This document shows, one piece after another, positions 46,669 to 54,179 of a stretch of DNA of 64,000 nt. The stretch covers positions 5,761,697 to 5,825,696 of the forward strand of contig JBLWFJ010000001.1 in the NCBI GenBank assembly GCA_048320885.1, in the 5' to 3' direction. The notes under the pieces are model-generated. The model saw only the letters and a program-made list of their open reading frames with translations. It made no database searches and was not told the DNA's origin. The position numbers were made by a program, and so were the translations under genes. The stretch is from Nannocystaceae bacterium ST9. Its GTDB lineage: Bacteria > Myxococcota_A > Polyangia > Nannocystales > Nannocystaceae. Each line of letters opens with the position of its first letter. The first letter of the stretch is position 1.

Positions 46669-47992
46669 GGCGGCGACGCAGGCCGAGCAGGCCGAGCAGC
46701 GCGAGCGCGGCGATCGGACTCGCGGGTCGGGGTTCGCTGGTGCAGCCGCAGCCCTCGTCGCCGCGATCGATCGCGGGCCCGCAGGGATAGGTGCAGTCGG
46801 TGTCGGCCTCGTCGAGGTTGCCGGAGTCGGCCTCGCTGGCGCCGCTGCTCTCGCCCGTGGGCTCGCAGATCCCATCCACGCAGGTCAGGTCGGGATCGCA
46901 GCCGCCCCCGGGCGTGCAGGGGCAACCTTCGCCGCCGATCGGACACTCGCCGCCCTCCGTCGACGAGCCGCCAGAGCTCGTGCTGTCGCCCTCGCCGGAG
47001 GTCGTGGTGGTGGTCGAGTCGCCGTCGCCGTCGCCGGCCCAAGTGAAGCGCACGCTGTCGAACGCGAGCGGGTGCATCAGGGCATAGGCCTCGCCGGTGT
47101 TGTCGGGCAGCTCGACGAACTGATCGCCCGAGCCGTCGAAGCCGAACACGCCGAGCGACTGCCAGCTCTTCTGCGTGGCCTGATCGACGCCGACCATGCT
47201 GACCTGGCCGGCGTGGTGGACATGATAGACGGCGCCGCTGGCTTGCGCGGTGCCCTCGGGCACGTGCACGGCGACCTCGTAGTCACCGGGCACCGACACG
47301 CCGAAGCGCCAGCGGCCGATCGTGTCGGCCTGCGCGGCGTCGGTCGTGTACGTGTACCAGTGGTGCCCGTCGAGGCCCTCGCCCGCGTCCCACCACCACT
47401 TGGTCAGGCGATCGAAGCAGGTCTTGTCGGACTCGGACACGAGCGTCTCGCCGCCGGCCAAGACCGCACCGCATGCGCCACAGTTCTCGCTGGTCATCGA
47501 CTCGCCGTCCGCGACCACGCCCGCGGCGTAGAACTCGGAGGGGATCGACTGGCACCACCACGAACCGCAGAGCCCTTGAACTTGGAAGTGCAGGTGCGCG
47601 CCGCAGGTCCAGCCGGTCAGGCCGACGCGGGCGATCGTGTCGCCGGCTTCGACGAAGTCGCCGAGCCCGAAGGGCGACGAGTTGCCCTCGACATGCATGT
47701 AGAGCCCGGCCGTGCCGTCGCCGTGATCGATCACCACGTAGTTGGCGTCGTTCGCGTAGGTCTGGCTGCATCCGCCGACCTGCGAGTCCATCTCGATCAG
47801 CACGATCGTGCCGGCGTGTGCGGCCTTGATCTCGGTGCCGAGCGGCAAGCCGAAGTCCCAGGCGAACTGCGCGAACCCGGTGTGGCTGGTCGCGCCGCCG
47901 TTGCCTTGCGTGCACGGGTAGGTGGCTTCGCAAGCCCAGGGCGCCTCGAGGTGGGGTTCGATTGCGAGCAGCAGCGCGAGCGAGGCGAGCAT
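46661..47992 (-). CDS. Secreted M23 (LytM-type) metallopeptidase with a C-terminal Cys-rich region and a MYXO-CTERM-like sorting tail.
   Basis: HTGFAQFAWDFG...VIDHGDG...GWTCGAHLHFQV. C-terminal ...GCGCTSEPRPASPIAALALLGLLGLRRRHA. Overlaps the desaturase start by 8 nt. Confidence 0.75.
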   Translation of the reverse strand: MLASLALLLAIEPHLEAPWACEATYPCTQGNGGATSHTGFAQFAWDFGLPLGTEIKAAHAGTIVLIEMDSQVGGCSQTYANDANYVVIDHGDGTAGLYMHVEGNSSPFGLGDFVEAGDTIARVGLTGWTCGAHLHFQVQGLCGSWWCQSIPSEFYAAGVVADGESMTSENCGACGAVLAGGETLVSESDKTCFDRLTKWWWDAGEGLDGHHWYTYTTDAAQADTIGRWRFGVSVPGDYEVAVHVPEGTAQASGAVYHVHHAGQVSMVGVDQATQKSWQSLGVFGFDGSGDQFVELPDNTGEAYALMHPLAFDSVRFTWAGDGDGDSTTTTTSGEGDSTSSGGSSTEGGECPIGGEGCPCTPGGGCDPDLTCVDGICEPTGESSGASEADSGNLDEADTDCTYPCGPAIDRGDEGCGCTSEPRPASPIAALALLGLLGLRRRHA

Positions 47993-48108
47993 GTCCGCCA
48001 AGGTACGCCAATGGTCGGGTTCATGACTGTCCCTCTGGCCGGTTGCCGGCCGGTTGGGCAGCGCGTGTCGACGACGCGTGTTCGACATCGACCTGTTCGC
48101 TCGGCGGG

Positions 48109-48153
48109 TGTGTTTTGAGTGATTTGAACCACTGAAATGATGGGGATATAAGC
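48109..48153 (+). promoter_or_regulatory. Putative sigma-70-like promoter (TTGAAC-N17-TATAAG) ending 6 nt before the ATG of the 48159 gene. It may drive a leaderless transcript.
   Basis: AT-richer island tgaTTTGAACcactgaaatgatggggaTATAAGccacgcATG in an otherwise 70% GC region. Positions and match are read by eye. Confidence 0.3.
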
Positions 48154-48158
48154 CACGC

Positions 48159-49898
48159 ATGCGACGTCTGCCCCCCGATCTCGCTCGCGTCACGAGCCGC
48201 CTCAGCCTGGTCGCGCTGCTGCTGCTCGGCGGCTGTGCCTACTTCCGAATCACCGAGAGCACGCTCGAGCAAGCCCAGGCGGCGCAGGCCGCCGGCGACG
48301 AGGTGAAGGCCGAAGAGCTCTACCGCGAGGCGATGCGCGAGAAGGGTCGCGACCGCGAGGACGCCAAGCGCGGGCTGGTCTCGCTGCTCTTGCAGAAGGC
48401 CGTGCGGGTGGCCGAGACCGATCAAGAGGAGGCGATGCGGATCCATCGCGACGTGCTGACGATGGTGCCCGAGTCCGACGAGGCACGGATCGCCTACGGC
48501 CGCGCCCTGATGAACTCGCAGCGCTTCACCGAGGCGATCGACGTGCTGATGGAGGCGCCCAAGTGCCGCGGCTGCAAGACCATGATTTCGGTGATCTACA
48601 TCGCCCGGGCCGAGCACTCGGTCAGCGAGGGGGCCTTCACCGACGCACTCGCCGACTACGACCAGGCGATCGCGCTGAGCCATGATCCGCTGACCGTGCT
48701 GGCCAAGGTCGACATCTACACCAAGAGCGGGCACGGCAAGGCCGACGACGCGGTCGCCTGGCTCGATCAGGCCCAGCGCCTGCTGCCGGTCGACCAGACC
48801 GGCCAACAGGCGCTCTGGTTCGAGAAGCGGACCGAGGTGATCTACTGGGCCGCGATGCGGAGCGAGCACGAGGCGATCGGTCGCGCGCTGACGCTCGACG
48901 ATCCGCGGACCCGCGTGCCGGCCGAGCAGAAGCTGATCGACCAGCTCAACCTGCAGATGTACGCCGCGTCCTTGCAGATCTATCAGCAGCAGTTCGACGT
49001 CGGCACCCAGCGCGGGCTGGCGACCTGGCAGCAGGCCCAGGCCGCCAACCTGAGCGGCGCCCCGCTCGAGTCGCTGCGCAAGACCCTGCTCTCGCTCTTC
49101 GCCCAGCGCGTGGCGGTCCACATGGCCAACGGCGAAGAGAAGCAGGCCCGCGAGGTGATCGCGATGGGCCGCCAGGTCGATCCCGAGGATCGCATGCTGG
49201 CCCTGCAGGACATCATCGTCACCGCGATGCGCAACACCGGCAACGCCCGCAAGATGCTCGAGGAGTGGAAGGACGACGAGGCCTACGTCCGCATGCGCGC
49301 GCTGGTCGAGACCGTCTACGCCCAGAAGATGATGGGCATCGGCCAGTTCACCGCCGCCGCCGGAGCGGTCGAGAAGGCCAAGAAGATCGATCCCAACCTG
49401 CTCGAGACCAAGCTGGCCGCCGCCGAGCTGCTGGCCGAGACGCGGCTGGTCGATCTGCGCAAGGTCTGGGCCGAGAACTTCCGCGAGATCGCGACCTACT
49501 CGTACCCGGGCGGCCGGATCAACTACTACGGGCAGGCGCTGGCCGAGCTGCGCGGCGTCCAGGCCATGTTCGACGAGAACGCCCAGCGCGACTTCCTGCG
49601 CGGGCCGAGCGTGGGCAAGCGGATCGCCGCGCTCGAGCAGCGGATCACCGGGTTCTATCCCTTCGCCGTCGAGTCGCGCCCGGACGGCAAGGCGACGATC
49701 GTGCTGACCCGCAAGGAGGGCTCGGCCGTGACCGTGGCCGTGCAAGGCCCGAGCAAGGCCCACGAGGTCGCGGTGCCCGAGAACGGCCAAGCCGAGCTGG
49801 TGCTCGAGGGGCCGGGCTACGTCGTCGTGACCACGCCGAGCGGCGGTCGCAAGGCGATGTTCGCCGAGCCGGGGGTCGCGATCATCGTCGACCTGTGA
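48159..49898 (+). CDS. TPR-repeat lipoprotein (lipobox LLLGGC), function unknown.
   Basis: Signal peptide plus lipobox. Repeated A/Y/L-rich helical hairpins (EAMREKGRDREDAKRG..., IAYGRALMNSQRFTEAI...). Confidence 0.6.
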   Translation: MRRLPPDLARVTSRLSLVALLLLGGCAYFRITESTLEQAQAAQAAGDEVKAEELYREAMREKGRDREDAKRGLVSLLLQKAVRVAETDQEEAMRIHRDVLTMVPESDEARIAYGRALMNSQRFTEAIDVLMEAPKCRGCKTMISVIYIARAEHSVSEGAFTDALADYDQAIALSHDPLTVLAKVDIYTKSGHGKADDAVAWLDQAQRLLPVDQTGQQALWFEKRTEVIYWAAMRSEHEAIGRALTLDDPRTRVPAEQKLIDQLNLQMYAASLQIYQQQFDVGTQRGLATWQQAQAANLSGAPLESLRKTLLSLFAQRVAVHMANGEEKQAREVIAMGRQVDPEDRMLALQDIIVTAMRNTGNARKMLEEWKDDEAYVRMRALVETVYAQKMMGIGQFTAAAGAVEKAKKIDPNLLETKLAAAELLAETRLVDLRKVWAENFREIATYSYPGGRINYYGQALAELRGVQAMFDENAQRDFLRGPSVGKRIAALEQRITGFYPFAVESRPDGKATIVLTRKEGSAVTVAVQGPSKAHEVAVPENGQAELVLEGPGYVVVTTPSGGRKAMFAEPGVAIIVDL

Positions 49899-49917
49899 TC
49901 GAAGGCAGCCCGCGGCC

Positions 49918-51840
49918 TCAGCCCATGCGCTGCTGGAAGTAGAGCTCCTCGATCGCCTTGACCTTGTCGGCCTCGCCGGCGTGCTTGTCCGAGCGAATCG
50001 CTACCAGTTTGGGGTCGCGCAGCTTGAGATCGCCGGTCTCGTTGTCCTTGACGATGCCCTCGAAGCGGACGGTCACGACGATGTGCGGCCGCAGCTCGAC
50101 GCCGGGCCGCACGCCCGACGAGCTCTGGCGAGTGGTCCGCTTCCCGGTCATCAGGCCGTTGCGCATGATCTCGGCCTGCAGCTCGCGGTCGCGGATCTGA
50201 TCGACGCCGGCGACGTCGCCGACGTCGAGGAAGCCGCCGTCGTTGGTCCGGGCCCCGATCGCGAAGCTGCCGAACATTCCGGCCTTGGCCTTGCTGGTCA
50301 CCGAGAACACGCCCTCGATCAGCACCAGATCCAGCGTGATCTCGGGCTTGCGCTTGAGCCAGTCGGGGTCGCGGCGGGCCAGCGCGTACACGCCGTCGAG
50401 ATCCTTGGTGATGATCCCTTCGTAGCCCTGGCTGCGGAAGTGCTGGTAGAGCCGATTGACGTCGTTCTTGTCCTTGGCCAGCTGGCCCTCGGCGATCGTC
50501 AGCGGGATCGGGTTGGGGAAGTTGCTGACCGGGCCGAGGAACTGCTGGAGCAGCTTGCGGCGCTCGTGCAGGGGCAGCTGGGTCAGGTCGCGGCCGTTGA
50601 GGTAGACGAGATCGAAGGCGGCGTACTTGAGGTTGACCGGGCGCTGGACGACCTCGCCCGACAAGCTGGCGTAGACCTCGTAGACGGTCGCCGGGCGGGC
50701 GCCGTCGAGATCGAACACCGAGCCGAACAGCTCGCCGTCGATGATGCAGTCGCGGCAGGGGAAGTTGGCGATCGTCTGACGCATGCCGGTGATCTGCTCG
50801 AGCCAGTCCTTGCGTCCGCGCGTGTAGGCGGCGCAGAGCATCGAGCCGCTCGCGTCGGTCGACTTGTGCAGCATCAGGCGGATGCCGTCGTACTTGCGCT
50901 CGACCCAGCAGGGGTACTTCTTGACCGTGTCGGTCGAGCCGCTGGCCAGCGCGGGCTTGACCGCGACGAGCGGCTGGAGCTGGACCTCGCGCAGACCGTC
51001 GGGGCCCTTGGCCGCGAGCGTCTTGGCGACCGAGAAGGGATCCGACAGGGCGATCGCGTGCTGGACCGCCTCGGGCTCGGCCCCGTAGTACTGGCCGAGC
51101 GCGCGAGCGATCACGGCGCCCTCGTATTCGAACCCGAAGTCGGCCTTGCCGAGGATCAGCCGGGCCATGAAGTAGGCCTCGATCTTGCCCATCCGCTCGA
51201 GCAGCGAGCGGAGCAGATCGAACTTGAGCGAGCGGACGGCGTCGGGCAGGAACTCGAGCGTCAGCATGACCTCGCCGGCGGTCAGCGGCGGATCGCTCTT
51301 GAGCTGCTTGCGCGACTCGGCGAACAGCACACCCGGATCGCCGACCCGCGACAGGCGATCGAGCATGTCGCGGTAGCTGACCATCGTGACCGACATCAGC
51401 AGACGCAGCAGGCTGTCGCGCTTGAACGTGCTGGTCCGACCGAGGAACACGTCGCCGACCAGACAGCCGATCTTCTGGACCGCCGAGAGCCCGGTGTCCT
51501 TGTCGAGGAAGCGCTGGACCAGCTCGGCCCGACCGGCCGTGTCGGGCGGCGGGTCGCCGACGATCCCGAACAAGCTCGCGGCCTTCTCGGGGTGCATGCG
51601 CATCAGCGGCATGAACAGCCCGCGGCACAGCGAGTGAAAGGGGATGGTCGCCAGCTCCGAGAGCGAGCGCCCGGCCTGCGTGAGCTGATCGGTCACGAAC
51701 TGCACGTGCAGCGGCAGGCCGAGCACCTCGTCCATGTACTCGTAGCTGGGCCGGTGACTGCCGATCTGCCCGGTCAGCAGCTCGAGGCTCTCGCCCGAGT
51801 GGAACCACTTGCGGATGGTCGCGTCGTCGACGATGTGCAT
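49918..51840 (-). CDS. ATP-dependent DNA ligase (Lig1/LigB type, with an N-terminal DNA-binding domain).
   Basis: Adenylation motif I VERKYDGIRLMLHK, then LCAAYTRGRKDW...DGELF..., EGIITKDLDGVYALARRD...WLKRKPE, and an OB domain. Confidence 0.85.
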   Translation of the reverse strand: MHIVDDATIRKWFHSGESLELLTGQIGSHRPSYEYMDEVLGLPLHVQFVTDQLTQAGRSLSELATIPFHSLCRGLFMPLMRMHPEKAASLFGIVGDPPPDTAGRAELVQRFLDKDTGLSAVQKIGCLVGDVFLGRTSTFKRDSLLRLLMSVTMVSYRDMLDRLSRVGDPGVLFAESRKQLKSDPPLTAGEVMLTLEFLPDAVRSLKFDLLRSLLERMGKIEAYFMARLILGKADFGFEYEGAVIARALGQYYGAEPEAVQHAIALSDPFSVAKTLAAKGPDGLREVQLQPLVAVKPALASGSTDTVKKYPCWVERKYDGIRLMLHKSTDASGSMLCAAYTRGRKDWLEQITGMRQTIANFPCRDCIIDGELFGSVFDLDGARPATVYEVYASLSGEVVQRPVNLKYAAFDLVYLNGRDLTQLPLHERRKLLQQFLGPVSNFPNPIPLTIAEGQLAKDKNDVNRLYQHFRSQGYEGIITKDLDGVYALARRDPDWLKRKPEITLDLVLIEGVFSVTSKAKAGMFGSFAIGARTNDGGFLDVGDVAGVDQIRDRELQAEIMRNGLMTGKRTTRQSSSGVRPGVELRPHIVVTVRFEGIVKDNETGDLKLRDPKLVAIRSDKHAGEADKVKAIEELYFQQRMG

Positions 51841-51896
51841 GGCGTGCGGGGCGATGGTCGCACGAGCGGCGGGGCTCGTGCTAGCGTCGATCCGCC

Positions 51897-52361
51897 TTGA
51901 ACCTGGTCGACGAACTCCACGCGATCGCGGCGGCCCTGCGCGGTGCAGGGGTCGAATACGCCATCTGTGGGGGCCTGGCGGTGACGATCCACGGCGCCAC
52001 CCGGACGACCAAGGACATCGACTTGCTCGTCGAGCCTCGTGACGTCGCACGCGTGCTCGAGCTGCTGCGCCCGCTCGGCTACGTGTTCGCGGCGCTGCCG
52101 ATGACCTTCGACGCCGGGACCCCGAGCGAGCGGCATGTGCAGCGGGTCAGCAAGCTCGAGGGCGATCAGCACGTGTGCGTGGATCTGCTGCTCGCCGACG
52201 CTGCGTTCGCGGGCCTGCTCGCCGACAAGGTCGAGGTCGCGCTGCCCGAAGGTCCGTTGGTCGTCGTCTCGTTGCTCGGGCTGACCACGATGAAGCGACT
52301 GGCTGGTCGACCTCAGGACATCGCGGATCTCCAGCGGCTGGAGGTGCCCGATGCCGACTGA
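51897..52361 (+). CDS. Minimal nucleotidyltransferase-fold (MNT-like) protein, paralog B.
   Basis: YAICGGLAVTIHGATRTTKDIDLLV and C-terminal LTTMKRLAGRPQDIADLQRL, matching paralog A at 25551..26054. Confidence 0.6.
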   Translation: MNLVDELHAIAAALRGAGVEYAICGGLAVTIHGATRTTKDIDLLVEPRDVARVLELLRPLGYVFAALPMTFDAGTPSERHVQRVSKLEGDQHVCVDLLLADAAFAGLLADKVEVALPEGPLVVVSLLGLTTMKRLAGRPQDIADLQRLEVPDAD

Positions 52362-52566
52362 TCTCTCGCCGGATGCCGTCGCGCGCCGGCTCGCTCGACT
52401 GCGCGAGCTCTACGTGCCCGAAGATCGAGCCAGCGCGACGGCCCGACTGGCCGCCGAGCGCCCGTTTCGACGCGAGAGCTTCGAGCAGGGCGTCGGGCGC
52501 CGGCTCGCCGAGCTGCGAGACCTGCTCGAGCTCTCGAACGTGCTGCAGCGCGCGAGCCGACGGTAA
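52351..52566 (+). CDS. Small partner protein (71 aa) overlapping the 3' end of MNT-like paralog B.
   Basis: 11-nt overlap (coupled). Its C-terminus (RRLAELRDLLELSNVLQRA) resembles the C-terminus of the 26044..26238 protein (RLKQLNDALRLV). Confidence 0.4.
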   Translation: MPTDLSPDAVARRLARLRELYVPEDRASATARLAAERPFRRESFEQGVGRRLAELRDLLELSNVLQRASRR

Positions 52567-52572
52567 CTCAGC

Positions 52573-53022
52573 TCAATCGAGCGGCTTGGTCATCAGCAGG
52601 CGCGGCACGGCCTTGAACCCCTCGCGCTCGTAGAGCCGGCGGGCGCCCTCGTTCTCGTGGCGCACGACCAGGTGCAGGGCACCGACCCCGGCCGCGCGCG
52701 CGTGCGAGTCGGCGGCCTGCAAGAGCCGCTCGCCCAGGCCGCGCCCGCGGGCCTCGGGCACGACCCAGAGCTCGGTCACGAACGCATCGCGGCCGCCCCA
52801 CTCGAGGTCGAACCCGAAGGTCAGGACCGCGTAGCCGTGCAGCGTCGCGGCGTCGATCGCGACCACGACCAGTCCGAGCGACTCGTCGGCGAGCAGGCGT
52901 CGCAGCGCTCGCTCGATCCGCTCGGGCTGCCAGGGGATCCGCTCGCCCTCGTTGAAGGGCTGCATCTGCGCGAGCAGGGCGGGGACGTCGGACTCGGTGG
53001 CGCGGCGCAGCTCGAGCGCCAT
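52573..53022 (-). CDS. GNAT family N-acetyltransferase.
   Basis: ELWVVPEARGRGLGERLL...RRLYEREGF matches GNAT motifs A and B. Its ATG overlaps the upstream ATPase stop by 1 nt. Confidence 0.8.
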   Translation of the reverse strand: MALELRRATESDVPALLAQMQPFNEGERIPWQPERIERALRRLLADESLGLVVVAIDAATLHGYAVLTFGFDLEWGGRDAFVTELWVVPEARGRGLGERLLQAADSHARAAGVGALHLVVRHENEGARRLYEREGFKAVPRLLMTKPLD

Positions 53023-54128
53023 CACGCCATCTCGATGATGGCCTTGTCCTCGGGCTGATCCGGCGACACCACCAATTCGCCAGTCCCGTCCTTCTGCACG
53101 ACCTTGATCGGGTGCTGGAAGATCGGCGCCGACACGCACTTGACCGCGCGGATGACCACGATCTTCTCGCGGTACTTGCCGCCCCACTCGGCGGCGTGCT
53201 CCTTGCTGCCCAGGCTCATCTCTTCGATCAGGAACACGGCGTCGGCGGTGTGCTGCATGGCTTCGCCGCCGACCGGATCGCCGGTGTCCTTGATCTGCCC
53301 GACGCACAGGCAGGTCACGCCCTGCTCGTGGTTGTAGGTCTTGAGCGTGCTCAGGTGGTCGGCGGTCTTGGCCCGGCTCGGGTCGAGCATGTTGAGCGAG
53401 TCGATGACCACGAACTTGATGCCGGCCTTCTCGACCAGGTAGCGGTACTTGGCGATGAAGTCGTCCCAGGTCGTGCCGCGGTGGTACTGCGACTCGATCA
53501 CCCACATGTTCTCGAGCGCCTTGGTCTTGAAGTCCTTCTCCTTCAAGCCGGTCGCGGCCATGCCGATCTTGGTCATGCGCGAGCCGAGGTCGTCGCGGCC
53601 GGAGCCGGCCTTGTCGTGGAAGCCCTCTTCGGCGACGACGAACGCAACCTTCATGCCGCTGGCGGCGACGCGGGCGAGCGTGGCCAAGGTGGTGCGGGTC
53701 TTGCCTTTGCCGGGCGGGCCGACCAGCGCGATCGTGCAGCCCTTGGGCAGACCGCCGAGCGCGTGCTTGCCGTCTTCGGTCAGGCACAGGTAGTCGAGCA
53801 CGGTGCCGGTCGGCAGCGGCTCTTGTCGACGGATCAGATCGTCGAAGGTCGCCGGCCGGATGATGTCGGCGTCGAGGCCCGCGTCTTCGTCCTTCTCGAG
53901 CTTGTTCTGGAAGGGCGTGGCCGAGGGGTCGAACTGCGGGGCCATGCCCTGGCCGCCCATCATCTGCCCCATCATCTGCATCATCTGCATCATCATGGGG
54001 TTCATGCCGGGCATCATGCCCTGCTGCGGCATCATGCCGGGCATCATGCCGGGCATCATCCCCGGCATCATCATGCCAGGCTGCATCATTCCGGGGTTCT
54101 GCGGCGGGTTCTGATCGTCGTTGGCCAT
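53022..54128 (-). CDS. KaiC/RecA-superfamily single-domain ATPase with an N-terminal Met/Pro/Gly/Gln-rich low-complexity segment.
   Basis: Walker A GPPGKGKT, Walker B VVIDSL, then a KaiC-like core. The N-terminus is MANDDQNPPQNPGMMQPGMMMPGMMPGMMPGMMPQQGMMPGMNPMMMQMMQMMGQMMGGQGM. Confidence 0.75.
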   Translation of the reverse strand: MANDDQNPPQNPGMMQPGMMMPGMMPGMMPGMMPQQGMMPGMNPMMMQMMQMMGQMMGGQGMAPQFDPSATPFQNKLEKDEDAGLDADIIRPATFDDLIRRQEPLPTGTVLDYLCLTEDGKHALGGLPKGCTIALVGPPGKGKTRTTLATLARVAASGMKVAFVVAEEGFHDKAGSGRDDLGSRMTKIGMAATGLKEKDFKTKALENMWVIESQYHRGTTWDDFIAKYRYLVEKAGIKFVVIDSLNMLDPSRAKTADHLSTLKTYNHEQGVTCLCVGQIKDTGDPVGGEAMQHTADAVFLIEEMSLGSKEHAAEWGGKYREKIVVIRAVKCVSAPIFQHPIKVVQKDGTGELVVSPDQPEDKAIIEMA

Positions 54129-54179
54129 GGTCGGGTGCCGGTCGGGCCGGGACGATATCATCGCCCGCGGCAGTCCTGC

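Noticed and set aside
53112-54179. Upstream extension of the polX ORF (track ORF 53112..56360) and the 53022..56051 minus ORF.
   Set aside because: The PolX N-terminus clearly begins at MTRLENPEIAALFAEM (54180). The upstream part is antisense to the KaiC-like ATPase gene. Conversely, only 53022-54128 of the minus ORF is coding.
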